NCBI GenBank assembly: GCA_964518215.1
Contig: CAZFFP010000002.1
Span: 24,317 to 88,316, forward strand
Direction: 5' to 3'
Source of the DNA: an uncultured Chitinophagaceae bacterium
GTDB lineage: Bacteria > Bacteroidota > Bacteroidia > Chitinophagales > CAIOSU01
DNA: 64,000 bases
Shown here piece after piece: positions 44,694 through 55,305 of the stretch. The notes below the pieces were generated by a model, which saw nothing but the letters and a program-made list of their open reading frames with translations, was not told the DNA's origin and made no database searches. The translations under genes and the position numbers were made by a program. Within the stretch, counting starts at the first letter, position 1. Each line of letters opens with the position of its first letter.

Positions 44694-46727
44694 ATGAGCC
44701 AATCGAAATTTTTCAGAATAGCAATATCATTCATTTTTATTATAACGCTCTCCAGTTTTACTCAACAGGCGTTTTCTAACAATGCAGATTATGAAGCGCG
44801 CAGAGAAGCCTTTATTGATTCTTCGCTGACAAGCGCTACCGGCAACAAATTAATTCTTCAGGCATACAGAGGACTTCCTTTAGACACTGCAGCACTCAAC
44901 AATCTTTTAACACAAATTCCTACGAGAAGCACCAGCGATTTTATCATTATTGAATTAATCAGAATTTTATTTCTTACCAACGGACCTTATGATGCGCAAA
45001 TTTTACCTGTGATAAACGCTGTTCCATACTGGATGAATTATGGCGATACACTCAGAGGCTACTGGTCGGAAAATCACATGATTATGTGGATGAGTTCTGA
45101 TTGGTTGCTTCACGAGAAACACAACAAACCTATTGATAGTGATTTGCGAAATAGATTAGTGCATTATATGGAAATGAAAATTCAGTATGGATTCTACGAA
45201 TTTTTTTCATCCACCTATGCGCCTTATGCTTTCAGCGGCTTGGTGAACCTTGCCGATTTTTCGCAAGATGCGCAGATAAAAAATCTTGCTACACAAGCCG
45301 CACAAAAATTATTATCAGACATCTTATTACTCACCAACGATAAAGGTGTTTTCTTTCCCGTTGCCGGAAGAAACTATCCGTCAAAATATATTAATCCATA
45401 CGGAGAAAATCACAATAGCCTGACTTATCTGCTCACGGGATTTGGAGTAGCTCCACAAGGCTCATCTGCCTCCGGTGCATTTCTCGCTACTTCCGATTTA
45501 CCTGTTGATGTGGTTATTGATTCTTGGACTGCCGAATTAGATACTTCTTTTTACATCGGACATACATTGGATAGTGGTTTTGTGCTCAACAGCGGTATGT
45601 CACATATTGACAGGGTAGTTTTTCAATGGAGTTCGGGTGCTTATTTTCATCCTGACGTAGTGTTGGAAACCACACAGTTGTTGGTTGATTCTAACTTGTG
45701 GCAACATGTTGATTTCAGACTGTTGAGACCCTTGTCATTTCTTCCACCTGCCGATTTTCCTGCCATTGCCGAAAATCTGAGTGTAATTTCTAAAAGCACC
45801 CTTATTTGCGGGCAACAGATTTCCATCTTTAAAAACAATTCTGTTACACTTTCATCGGTGCACGATTTCTGGAAAGGCAATGTGGGCTTTCAGCAATACC
45901 CCAATATGGCTAACGTAGGCACTACTGCTGTTTATACCGGTTCTGGATTTGTAAGACCCGATTGGCAAAATAGAAATTCGAACAACCAGAATATTCATTT
46001 CCCTTATGTTGACCAGAAAAAAAATGTATCGCTCATCATGTATCGTCCCGAACCTACTCCCGATGTTTTGGGAAGCAATTTTACTCATAAAGATGTGGCG
46101 CTCCACTGGCAAGATGCAAAATTCGATGAAGTAGTAGAAGATAGTTTGTGGCTCATTGGAAGACAAGAATCGGGTTATGTGGCAGTGCGCAGAAGTTGTA
46201 TCGGTGAAATCAATTCTGTGAGAGCTTGCCCAACGCCCGTTAATGGTGGACAAACTTGGGTAATTGTAGTGGGCGACTCGCTGATGTATGGCAACTTTGC
46301 GAATTTTCAAAACGCCATACACCAGTCAACTTTTGAAGAAACATGGTCGTATGATACGTTGAATAATCTTTCGGTGTATTATGCACGAATTGATTTAGAT
46401 ACTATCGGCATTGAGTATGCATGGGAAGTAGATAGCGCCTTGAGCACGGGCATCGAAAATTTATCGCACAATAAAACACCGTTCAAAGTTTATCCTAATC
46501 CTGCCGATAATGTTTTGAATATAGATGTAACTGCTTTCGGTAATGAAACCATTAATATCAAAATATATAATACCGTAGGCGAAGTTGTTTATGCTGAACA
46601 ATCAACCATCAACAACAGCAATGCAATAAAAACCATTTCAGCCTCCGGATGGTCACAGGGCATTTATATGGTGGTGCTCGAAAACGATGCAAAACGTTTT
46701 ACGCAAAAAATAATTAAGGCGGAATAG
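44694..46727 (+). CDS. secreted protein with T9SS C-terminal sorting domain (possible alpha-toroid polysaccharide-lyase-like body)
   Basis: I prefer the ATG at 44694 (MSQSKFFRIAISFIFIITLSSF). The C-terminal domain reads KVYPNPADNVLNIDV...GIYMVVLEN. The enzymatic guess rests only on WSENHMIMW-type helical repeats and is weak. Confidence 0.7.
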   Translation: MSQSKFFRIAISFIFIITLSSFTQQAFSNNADYEARREAFIDSSLTSATGNKLILQAYRGLPLDTAALNNLLTQIPTRSTSDFIIIELIRILFLTNGPYDAQILPVINAVPYWMNYGDTLRGYWSENHMIMWMSSDWLLHEKHNKPIDSDLRNRLVHYMEMKIQYGFYEFFSSTYAPYAFSGLVNLADFSQDAQIKNLATQAAQKLLSDILLLTNDKGVFFPVAGRNYPSKYINPYGENHNSLTYLLTGFGVAPQGSSASGAFLATSDLPVDVVIDSWTAELDTSFYIGHTLDSGFVLNSGMSHIDRVVFQWSSGAYFHPDVVLETTQLLVDSNLWQHVDFRLLRPLSFLPPADFPAIAENLSVISKSTLICGQQISIFKNNSVTLSSVHDFWKGNVGFQQYPNMANVGTTAVYTGSGFVRPDWQNRNSNNQNIHFPYVDQKKNVSLIMYRPEPTPDVLGSNFTHKDVALHWQDAKFDEVVEDSLWLIGRQESGYVAVRRSCIGEINSVRACPTPVNGGQTWVIVVGDSLMYGNFANFQNAIHQSTFEETWSYDTLNNLSVYYARIDLDTIGIEYAWEVDSALSTGIENLSHNKTPFKVYPNPADNVLNIDVTAFGNETINIKIYNTVGEVVYAEQSTINNSNAIKTISASGWSQGIYMVVLENDAKRFTQKIIKAE

Positions 46728-46781
46728 TTCTTTTTGTTGCTCTTCTATATTCAAATATTTGGTATCAATTGCCTTATTTGT

Positions 46782-48131
46782 TTAGAGACTTAATTCATGA
46801 ATCATTTCATCCATACTCAAAGTTTTCTGCTCGCCTGTGCGCATGTTTTTGAGCTTCACGGTTTCGGTTTTAATTTCTTCTTCGCCCACAAATGCCACGA
46901 AAGGAATTTTTTTAACGTTGGCATATTTCAATTGCTTATCGAGTTTGGCAGCGGAAGGATAAATTTCGGCAGAGATATTTTTTTGACGTAAACGGTTGGC
47001 ATAATTAAAAGCTGCCATTTCATTTTCACCTCCGAAATTGACAAACAAAACTTTAGTGGTCGAAACTTCCAAATCGAGATGTTGAAACAAATTCAATTCT
47101 TCCATGACATCGTAAATACGCTCGATACCGAATGAAATACCTACGCCCGAAACGCCTTGCAATCCAAATACACCCGTAAGATTATCGTATCTGCCTCCGC
47201 CACCAATACTGCCCATTTGCACATTATTGGCTTTCACTTCGAAAATGGTTCCGGTGTAGTAATCGAGTCCGCGAGCGAGAGTGATATTGAGTTGCGGAAC
47301 CGAAGAAAGATTCAGCAGATATTCTAACTCTTCAATTCCTTTCTTACCGGTTTCGCCTGCCGATAAAAATGTTTTTAGAAATTGAATTTGTTCTTCGTTG
47401 GTTTTTCCTGAAGCGAATTCAAGAATTTCATTGGCTTGTGAAGGAAAATTATTTTGCGAAAATTCTTCCGCAATTTTTTCTTTTCCGACCTTATCAATCT
47501 TGTCTAAAATAACTGTGAAAGCGGTGAGTTGCTCTGATATGTTCAACACTTCAGCAAAGCCCGCCAGAATTTTCCGGTTATTGATTTTAATTTCCACATC
47601 AATCCCCAACCTCTCAAAAGCTTCGGCATAAATCAAAACCAACTCTGCTTCATTCAATAAACTATCGCTCCCCACTACATCGGCATCGCACTGATAAAAT
47701 TCGCGGTAGCGACCTTTCTGCGGACGGTCTGCCCGCCACACTGGTTGTATCTGATAGCGTTTAAAAGGAAAAGTAATTTCATTCTGGTGCATCACCACAA
47801 AACGAGCAAAGGGAATGGTTAAATCATAACGAAGCCCCTTTTCAGAAATTCTATTAATAAGCTCTTTATTATTTTGAATTTCATTTTTTGAATTTTGAAT
47901 TTCGCTTAAATTATCTCCCGAATTCAAAATTCTGAATAACAACTTATCGCCTTCTTCGCCATATTTTCCTTCGAGTGTAGAAAGGTTTTCCATCACCGGA
48001 GTTTCGATGGGTTGGAAACCGAATTTTTCAAACACGTTTTTAATCGTGTCGAAAATATATTGTCGTTTGCGTAGTTCAACGGGACCAAAATCGCGGGTGC
48101 CTTTAGGCAATGTGGGTTTTACTTTACTCAT
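46782..48131 (-). CDS. hisS: histidine--tRNA ligase
   Basis: Class II aaRS motifs (LPKGTRDF, FRILNSGD, RYREFYQCDADVVG, GGGRYDNL) and a C-terminal anticodon-binding domain. Confidence 0.92.
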   Translation of the reverse strand: MSKVKPTLPKGTRDFGPVELRKRQYIFDTIKNVFEKFGFQPIETPVMENLSTLEGKYGEEGDKLLFRILNSGDNLSEIQNSKNEIQNNKELINRISEKGLRYDLTIPFARFVVMHQNEITFPFKRYQIQPVWRADRPQKGRYREFYQCDADVVGSDSLLNEAELVLIYAEAFERLGIDVEIKINNRKILAGFAEVLNISEQLTAFTVILDKIDKVGKEKIAEEFSQNNFPSQANEILEFASGKTNEEQIQFLKTFLSAGETGKKGIEELEYLLNLSSVPQLNITLARGLDYYTGTIFEVKANNVQMGSIGGGGRYDNLTGVFGLQGVSGVGISFGIERIYDVMEELNLFQHLDLEVSTTKVLFVNFGGENEMAAFNYANRLRQKNISAEIYPSAAKLDKQLKYANVKKIPFVAFVGEEEIKTETVKLKNMRTGEQKTLSMDEMIHELSL

Positions 48132-48592
48132 GATTTTACTTCGGCATATTTTTCAATAATGGCATCGCAGGCGGCATCGAGCATTTTAAATACTTCATCA
48201 AAACCATTGGTGTCGTAATAAGGGTCGGGCACCGAGCGGTTCGATTTGTCTTTCAGTTCGTTCAAAATCATTTTCACTTTTTCCTTTTCAGTATGGTTGT
48301 TGGCGTGCTTCACAATGTCGCGGTAATTAGAGGCATCCATCGCATAAATAATATCGAAACGCTCTATGTCATAAGGCGAAAACTGACGGGCACGCTGTTC
48401 AGTAATATCAATACCATACTTGCGAGCAATATCAACAGAGCGCGAATCTGGCAATTCGCCTGCATGCCACGAAGAAGTGCCGGCAGAATCCACCTGCCAG
48501 TCGAGATTGTGTTGTTCAATCTTATGTTTCAGAATTCCTTCTGCCAAAGGCGAACGGCAGATATTACCCAAACAAACCATCAGAATTTTCAT
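48128..48592 (-). CDS. low-molecular-weight protein-tyrosine phosphatase
   Basis: I prefer the ATG at 48592 (MKILMVCLGNICRSP, which is the CX5R(S) P-loop). A DPYY motif lies near the C-terminus. It overlaps the hisS start by 4 nt. Confidence 0.85.
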   Translation of the reverse strand: MKILMVCLGNICRSPLAEGILKHKIEQHNLDWQVDSAGTSSWHAGELPDSRSVDIARKYGIDITEQRARQFSPYDIERFDIIYAMDASNYRDIVKHANNHTEKEKVKMILNELKDKSNRSVPDPYYDTNGFDEVFKMLDAACDAIIEKYAEVKS

Positions 48593-48872
48593 GGGGCAAA
48601 GGTAGGCGATTTGAATTTTTATTTTGTTGCTACTTGAGGCTTTGTAGAAAGCGATTGTCATGTTTTGCGCGCTATTGACTATTTTTTCTTTAGAGTTATA
48701 AATACATATTTCATTCTAACACCAATGGAAATAAAAAATTATAAAAAATTATTTGCTACTTTCAAAAACATTACTATATTCGATTCAACTTTCTTTTGGG
48801 GGGCTATTAAAGAAAGGGGGCTTAGTTCTTTATTTATCGGCTTTTTTTATTCACTATAAAACCAAAACCCTC

Positions 48873-51800
48873 ATGAAAAAGCTCTTTATTTTTGGTAATG
48901 TTTGCAAGGCTCATATTACCACACCCCCTCATCAGTTAAAGTATTTATTAACTGTTATTTGTTTTAGTATGTGGCTAAGCCACGCATCTTCTCAAACTGT
49001 TCCAAATAAATTGTGGGCAACAGAAATTGATAATCCGGTTTATCAAGGAGGCGGTAGAGACTGGTCAATGAATATTATAGTTGACGATGATAATAATTTA
49101 GTTGGTGCCGGTTATACTTCGGAACTAGGAATTGATTATCTTCAAGTGGTTCCTGCTGTATATAAGGTTGGCCAAAATGGAAATAAGATTTGGACGACAC
49201 CGATTACAATGTCAACATGCACCACAAAAAATAATTATGGACAAGTAAATGGTATAATTCAAAAGAAAAATCAAAATGGAACTTTTGGAAACTATGTGCT
49301 TATTACAAAGGAAAAAGCCTGTGGTGGCGGTGGAACAGATAGAACTGCTGTTTATGAAATTGATAAAAACACAGGGGCTGTAGTAAATTCAAATTTAAAT
49401 GTTTTTGCTTCACAATCGTGGTTTACAAATGCAGGAGTAGATATTTTACAAAAACCCGATTTATCCGGTTATGTAATTGTAGGTTATTTTCAAACTACTT
49501 CTTCCACTACCACTACCGACATATATTTCTCTCATATTGACAATAATTTCAACTTGGTTTCTACAGCAACCTATGGATATACAGATGGTTTAGACAGACC
49601 ATCTAAGTTGGAATATGTGTATAGTTTGGGAAGGTTTGACAAAGAAATTAAAAGCGGAGGAGTAGTTTGGGGAAATGGTGGAAGATACAACGGTGACCAT
49701 GACGGATACATCTTTGTTGGTTGGTCTATGAATAATACAAGTGGAACCTATGATGTATTTGTAGGTAGGGCAGGCAATACTTTTTATCAAACCCGAATTC
49801 ATTCCGGAGATTTAACCGGCTCTCCGCATTTTTATTCAAAAGTTTACAATACCACATCTTCTTGCTTGCCTACCCCGACTACAACAGGGCACGACATTGC
49901 TGATGATATTATATTGCTTTCTGATAATGACGTTTGTTTTAATGGCGTAGATTACAATAATACCGTGTCTTTTGCTATTGCGTGTGTATTCAACGAATAC
50001 AGGTCTAATTGTTCGGGAGAATACAGAGATGGCGATGCAGCTATTATTATATTAACAGATGTTATTGATCATCGGTTTGGTGGATGCGGGACTTCTTATA
50101 ACATTCAATCTGTAAAAAACGTAGCTCATTTGAGCGGGAATGATTTTGCTTTTAATGTAAGAAGAAGAGCAAATAAATTAGTCGGGTTTGCTTCGAGTAA
50201 GGATAATGGCATCATTCCGCCAAGTAACAGCACTACGCATTTCTATATGTTTGAAAACAACATGCATAGCTCTGCACAAAACTGGAGCAAAGTGTTTCAC
50301 GGGAATAGTGGTATTGGCGGATGCGGTTTTGCTTTCGATTTAACCAAAGAAAACAGTTTTGTTATAACAGGAAATGATGGAAACAATCATCACGATGCAG
50401 TATTTGCCAGATTAAGCAGCACATGTGAATCAGGAACCATATATACTCACAGCATAACAACACCAACCACATGGAGCGCACAAACCTTGTATATAGACGG
50501 AATTATTCATGTTGACATATTTGGGGAGCTTACTGTAGATAATTCTTCTGAATTAGTTTTTGCAAATGAATGTTCTGGCATTGAATTAAACTCAAATCTA
50601 ACACTTGATAATGCTACTTTAACCAAGGCTAATGAAGAGGACTATATTTGGAAAGGTATCAAATCCGAAGGGGGGGGATATATTACTGTATTTTCATCAA
50701 CTGTTGAACACAGCAATATAGCTATTGACTGTCATGCAAAACTATCCGGACTAAATATTTATTCTCCTTCACTTTATTTTTTTAATGCGACTTTTAGAAA
50801 TAACAAGACTGCTGTTAAAAAAAATGGAGCCAACTGGGATCCGCATCATGACCAAATTTGGAGTTCGAAATTTATTATTAACAATGATAAAACTTCAAAA
50901 ATTACCAATCCTGCAAGATTCGTTGATTATACTAATTCTGATAAACTTTCATTTTTATCTTTTTTTAGCATAAAAAATGAATTCTCCAATGTTACATCAA
51001 TTGATGTTCACGCCATTAATAAGCAAGGTGGATCACAATTGAGCGTAAATAATTGCCTGTTTAATGGCATAGACAAAGGCATTTACATACAAGGCTCCAA
51101 TGCCTCCGACCGTATTATGAATAATACTTTTACCAATATACCCGGGGTTCAGTTATTTGTTCCGGGGTATGATATACTTGCCAATTATGGTATTCGATTG
51201 GTAGGTTCAGGCAAGGTGCGCATCGAGGGTAACAGCATTACCGGAACCTCACGCGCCACCACTGCCAAAATTAGAGGCATCATGACCGACAACTCCGGCA
51301 GCAATGGCGCACTGATGTTTAAAAACAACATTACCATTACCACCACCGGATTTCAAAGCCAAAATAACAACAGCAATTTTGCAGTAAGCTGCAATAATTT
51401 TATTGACTATGCCTACTATGTAGGAACCGGTCCCGCTTGGCATACCGCAAGCGGCTCCATGCTTCCACAGGGTTTTTTTGATTGTGCTCCTTCAAATTCA
51501 CACACAAAGAAAGCGGGTAACGAATGGACTTCCCTTTGCACAGGTAGTAATGTAATAGATATTAGTGTGGTAAGCAGTGCTTATTTTAATTATTATGGGC
51601 ATTTTTTGGATATTCAAAGCGCTGCTAAAACAAGACCGGAGTGTAGCACTACAGCTTGGGAAAGTTCTTACCTTCATTATTGTAGCCCTCAGGATCCTGG
51701 TTATCAAAAGCAATCCACATCATGCAACAGTCCTTTTGAAATTTGTTCGGGTTGCCGCTTGGGGCTTAACGATTTAGATATTGAGCCGCAACTCATTTAT

Positions 51801-52649
51801 GCCAAGAATTATTATCGCGACCATGCCGATAACTACAGGAATCAGTTTGCCCAAAACAGCAAAGACAAAGCAAGTAAAGAACTCTTGGCAAGTTATCAGG
51901 GCTATGAGCAATTGGTGAGCAATGAAATTATCGGAATATTGTTAGAAAGAAACGTTGACACAGCTATTATTTATTTAGAAAGCAGCGATTTGTTAGAAGA
52001 TAAAAAGCTGCTGGCAGAATTATATCTGTTTACCGGCAATTTGCCGCTTTGCAGAAAAACGCTTGCCGATATTTCGCAGCCGCATAGCGCATTGAAATTG
52101 CCTGTGCATTTGCATGAAAAAGATGAAGCCGATTACCCCGATGAAAATGGCGATTTTATAACGCTGATGCAGCTTGTAGCGTCTATTTACGAAAGCGGCA
52201 GAGATATGAGCAGTGCAAGCGATGCCGAAATAGCCGAATTAGAAAGATTATCTTCTTCAGGATTAGCTGTTGCCGCTAAAGCCTGCGCCTACCTGAAACA
52301 AGCAACAGGCAAAGAGTGCCAATTTGAAGTGTTGGAATATATACCCGATGCCGAAGAAATACAGAAACGCATGTCTTTACCGGGTTTTGAAAGTGAAGGC
52401 ATAGAACTGCTGGCTTATCCCAACCCTGCAAACAGCAATTTGAAAATTTCTGTATTTATTCCCGAAGGTTTTGAAAATCCGGAATTGAGCCTGTATGATT
52501 TAACCGGAAGAAGATACGAGCAAATCGGCTTGAATCATTTGTTGAACAAAATAGAACTGAATACCGGCACTTATCCCGATGGTGTATATCTCTTACAGGT
52601 AAAAACTCAAAATAGCGTAAGAACAGTAAGAGTTTCTATTTTAAGATAG
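48873..52649 (+). CDS. large T9SS cargo protein (propeller-like N-terminus, parallel beta-helix-like middle, helical region, CTD)
   Basis: I prefer the ATG at 48873 (MKKLFIFGN...). Beta-helix-like repeats are present (NNTFTNIPG, IEGNSITG, FKNNITITTTG). The C-terminal domain reads LLAYPNPANSNLKISV...GVYLLQVKT. Confidence 0.75.
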   Translation: MKKLFIFGNVCKAHITTPPHQLKYLLTVICFSMWLSHASSQTVPNKLWATEIDNPVYQGGGRDWSMNIIVDDDNNLVGAGYTSELGIDYLQVVPAVYKVGQNGNKIWTTPITMSTCTTKNNYGQVNGIIQKKNQNGTFGNYVLITKEKACGGGGTDRTAVYEIDKNTGAVVNSNLNVFASQSWFTNAGVDILQKPDLSGYVIVGYFQTTSSTTTTDIYFSHIDNNFNLVSTATYGYTDGLDRPSKLEYVYSLGRFDKEIKSGGVVWGNGGRYNGDHDGYIFVGWSMNNTSGTYDVFVGRAGNTFYQTRIHSGDLTGSPHFYSKVYNTTSSCLPTPTTTGHDIADDIILLSDNDVCFNGVDYNNTVSFAIACVFNEYRSNCSGEYRDGDAAIIILTDVIDHRFGGCGTSYNIQSVKNVAHLSGNDFAFNVRRRANKLVGFASSKDNGIIPPSNSTTHFYMFENNMHSSAQNWSKVFHGNSGIGGCGFAFDLTKENSFVITGNDGNNHHDAVFARLSSTCESGTIYTHSITTPTTWSAQTLYIDGIIHVDIFGELTVDNSSELVFANECSGIELNSNLTLDNATLTKANEEDYIWKGIKSEGGGYITVFSSTVEHSNIAIDCHAKLSGLNIYSPSLYFFNATFRNNKTAVKKNGANWDPHHDQIWSSKFIINNDKTSKITNPARFVDYTNSDKLSFLSFFSIKNEFSNVTSIDVHAINKQGGSQLSVNNCLFNGIDKGIYIQGSNASDRIMNNTFTNIPGVQLFVPGYDILANYGIRLVGSGKVRIEGNSITGTSRATTAKIRGIMTDNSGSNGALMFKNNITITTTGFQSQNNNSNFAVSCNNFIDYAYYVGTGPAWHTASGSMLPQGFFDCAPSNSHTKKAGNEWTSLCTGSNVIDISVVSSAYFNYYGHFLDIQSAAKTRPECSTTAWESSYLHYCSPQDPGYQKQSTSCNSPFEICSGCRLGLNDLDIEPQLIYAKNYYRDHADNYRNQFAQNSKDKASKELLASYQGYEQLVSNEIIGILLERNVDTAIIYLESSDLLEDKKLLAELYLFTGNLPLCRKTLADISQPHSALKLPVHLHEKDEADYPDENGDFITLMQLVASIYESGRDMSSASDAEIAELERLSSSGLAVAAKACAYLKQATGKECQFEVLEYIPDAEEIQKRMSLPGFESEGIELLAYPNPANSNLKISVFIPEGFENPELSLYDLTGRRYEQIGLNHLLNKIELNTGTYPDGVYLLQVKTQNSVRTVRVSILR
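50670..50677 (+). repeat. poly-G(8) tract inside a T9SS cargo gene
   Basis: gaaGGGGGGGGatat encodes E-G-G-G. The tract lies in a block where a sampled 60-nt line was about 35% GC. Confidence 0.9.
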
Positions 52650-52661
52650 TTTATACTTTTC

Positions 52662-52698
52662 AAAAAGACAATGCGGGCATTGCCCGCATTGTCTTTTT
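52662..52698. terminator. strong palindromic (bidirectional-type) terminator
   Basis: AAAAAGACAATGCGGGC att GCCCGCATTGTCTTTTT, a perfect 17-bp stem including A/T runs on both sides. Confidence 0.8.
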
Positions 52699-52711
52699 AA
52701 ATTTCACACTC

Positions 52712-54418
52712 ATGGCAAAAATCCTCCTACTCCTCTCAATAGCATTAACACATTTCAGTGTGTTTGGGCAGCTATACTATAATAGGATTTATGATTCCCA
52801 AAACATGAATAATAGTTATTCTTCAATGATATTATCAGGTAATAAAATTTTCGGTTGCGGCATAAGTTTTGATCCTGACCTTTATACTTATTTAATACTT
52901 ACTGATTCTTTGGGAAATAAAATTTGGGACAGGAATGTGCTGAAAAATACAAATGGTATATCCATAGGTAGTGGGACATTAGAAATGAAAGATTATTTTA
53001 TCATAACGGGTTCCACCTTCGACTCAACAGAAATGGCACAAGACATTTATCTGTATGCGATTACTAAACAAGGAGATTCTTTGTGGTATCAGAATTTAGA
53101 TGCCGGGTTTAACGATAGAGGTATGCGTGTAATGTTAGATAGTGATTCAGGTTTTTTAGTATTGGGATATTATTATCTGGGAGATTTTGATTCTTCAAGA
53201 ATTACTATAATTAAAACAGATTCGCTTGGAAATAAAATATGGCAGAAAGATTATGGGCAACCCAACAGTTACAATTTTGCTTATACTTTTTTCAGAACTG
53301 CCGATGGCGGTTTAATTCTTTCGGGCGAAAGAAATGATAACAATAATACTAACCCTAATTTATGTTTACTGAAATTAGACAGTTTATATAATGTTGAGTG
53401 GTATCATAGCTATGATTTTGGTTTTGAAGAGTATCAGGGATACACAGGTTCACTATTAATAAGAAATAATGAATATATTTTGGTCGGTCATCAATCATAT
53501 TCTTTAAATCCATTCAAATACAGAGGAATATTGATGACCGCAGACACTAATGGAAATAAAACATGGGACACTTTAATTGGAGATGTAAATAAAAATATTA
53601 TACTTTTAAATATAGTTGATAATACAAGTGATGACATTATTATTTTGGGAGGAATCAGAGATAACCCTCCGGCAACCAATGGCAAGGCATTACTTATAAA
53701 AATGGATAATGACAAGCAAATTATGTGGCAAAGAGAAATTGCACATTATGATGATAATCGTTTCCAAGATTGTTATGCAAAAACTTTGCTAAAAACAGAT
53801 GAAGGAGATTTTGTTTTTAGTGGTTACATAGTTCATCAATCATCAACCCGAAACGATGCATGGCTCGTAAAAACCGACAGTTGCGGCTACACTGAAGGAG
53901 ATGTGAGTATAGCACAAATACAATTGGTGAGCATACAAGACAGCACGGTAACGCTGCACAACAGCAGTCCGCAATATTGTAAATGGCAATGGTATTTCGG
54001 CAATGGAGATAGCAGCAGCATCAGGCATCCCCAATACACTTACAGCGATACCGGCACTTACACCATCATGCTCATTACACAGGCAGGCAACGAAAAAGAT
54101 ACGGCTTACCTTACCATTTATATTGGCGATACAGTAGTGAGCAGTCCGCAAATAACAGCTATCACACCGCAACTAAAACTATATCCCAACCCTGCCACAC
54201 AGTATATCATACTGTCGGGTTTTATCCCTCAGGAATCTGGCAAAGCAGTTTTAGAGTTTTACGATATGCAGGGTAAACTCGTAAAACAAGAACCGTTGGA
54301 GCAAGGAGCCATCAACCGCAGCATCGGCATCAGAGAATTTTCACAAGGCGTGTATGCTTATAAGGTTTTCAGCAGTGATAAAATTATTATAACGGGAAGG
54401 ATATTTGTTGAGCCTTAA
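52712..54418 (+). CDS. T9SS cargo protein: 7-blade propeller-like repeats + PKD-like domain + CTD
   Basis: A signal peptide, then repeated blades (LILTDSLGNKIW, IIKTDSLGNKIW, LLKLDSLYNVEW, LMTADTNGNKTW, LIKMDNDKQIMW, WLVKTDSCGY). The PKD-like part reads WYFGNGDSS...YTYSDTGTYTIMLI. The CTD reads LKLYPNPATQYIIL...GVYAYKV. Confidence 0.8.
   Translation: MAKILLLLSIALTHFSVFGQLYYNRIYDSQNMNNSYSSMILSGNKIFGCGISFDPDLYTYLILTDSLGNKIWDRNVLKNTNGISIGSGTLEMKDYFIITGSTFDSTEMAQDIYLYAITKQGDSLWYQNLDAGFNDRGMRVMLDSDSGFLVLGYYYLGDFDSSRITIIKTDSLGNKIWQKDYGQPNSYNFAYTFFRTADGGLILSGERNDNNNTNPNLCLLKLDSLYNVEWYHSYDFGFEEYQGYTGSLLIRNNEYILVGHQSYSLNPFKYRGILMTADTNGNKTWDTLIGDVNKNIILLNIVDNTSDDIIILGGIRDNPPATNGKALLIKMDNDKQIMWQREIAHYDDNRFQDCYAKTLLKTDEGDFVFSGYIVHQSSTRNDAWLVKTDSCGYTEGDVSIAQIQLVSIQDSTVTLHNSSPQYCKWQWYFGNGDSSSIRHPQYTYSDTGTYTIMLITQAGNEKDTAYLTIYIGDTVVSSPQITAITPQLKLYPNPATQYIILSGFIPQESGKAVLEFYDMQGKLVKQEPLEQGAINRSIGIREFSQGVYAYKVFSSDKIIITGRIFVEP
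53850..54418 (+). repeat. ~570-bp direct repeat, copy 1 (3' end of paralogue 1)
   Basis: Aligns without indels to 55844-56412 at a constant offset of 1,994 nt. About nine-tenths of the positions are identical by eye. Confidence 0.8.
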
Positions 54419-54526
54419 AATTGCAAAGTGTTTTAAATTTAATACAGAAAATGAACAGAGCAAATGAACAACTTAATAAGTTTACCGCAAGCAATGGCAA
54501 GTCAGAGACCTGCCTTTTCATTAAGC

Positions 54527-54612
54527 GTTCCGAGTCGCCCACAGCAACCCGCAATGCTTGGCGTGGAAGACTCGGAACAACGGGCGGCAGTTTGCCGCCC
54601 CCAAATTTTTTT
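54527..54612 (+). other. GC-rich structured element (long hairpin + terminator-like hairpin); possible small RNA or structured 3' UTR
   Basis: GTTCCGAGTC (54527-54536) pairs with GACTCGGAAC (54569-54578), with inner CCAC/GTGG and AGCA/TGCT pairs. It is followed by GGGCGGC-agttt-GCCGCCC (54582-54600) and a T7 run (54606-54612). Confidence 0.3.
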
Positions 54613-55285
54613 ATATGCTATTTAACACAAAACAAAATATAATTTTAGTAGTGTTTATTATGTTAAACATTAATTGCTTAATAGCTCAAACGTTTAACAG
54701 AAACATCAATGTTTGGGACAAGTATGATGATAATTTAATCGGAATCACTCAATTGCTCAACGGAAATTATATTGGTTATGGGAGTATTGCTCCTTCATTA
54801 TTAATTCCAAATGCAAATATTGGTAGGGAATATACTCAGATATACATGTTAAATAATGAAGGTGATACCTTATATACTAAACAATATGATTTTAATGGGA
54901 CAACTTTTGGTGCTTGTCAGGCATATTATTCTATCCAAGATATATATGGCAATATGTATTTCGTAGGTGAGTTTGTTGATAGTGTTGAACAATGCACAGA
55001 TGGGTATGTTTTTAAAACCGATTCGTTTGGCAACATAATTTGGTTTGTGAATATTGATGCAGGAAGGTGTGATAAACCGGTAAACATTATGCTCGACTCT
55101 GATAGTAACCTATTAATATTAGGTTACTATTATACAGATACGGTTTGGGAGAGTAATGCAACCTACATTATAAAATTAGATACTTCGGGTAATTTTTTAT
55201 GGCAAAAAGATTATTATGGACTTGGGCAAGGTATCGGCTATTTTTATTGTTATGCATGGGAAAAATTGTTTGATGGAAGCTATTT

Positions 55286-55305
55286 GCTTTCAGGTGCTTT
55301 CAGGT
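55286..55305 (+). repeat. 10-bp perfect tandem duplication (GCTTTCAGGT x2) causing the frameshift
   Basis: The sequence reads tatttGCTTTCAGGTGCTTTCAGGTgaaatg. A +10 nt insertion shifts the frame by +1, exactly the offset between the two track ORFs. Confidence 0.9.

Noticed and set aside
54421-54642. A 73-aa ORF between the two propeller paralogues.
   Set aside because: It spans the double-hairpin element and the T-run, then reads into the signal peptide of the next gene in another frame. Its translation has no motif I recognise.
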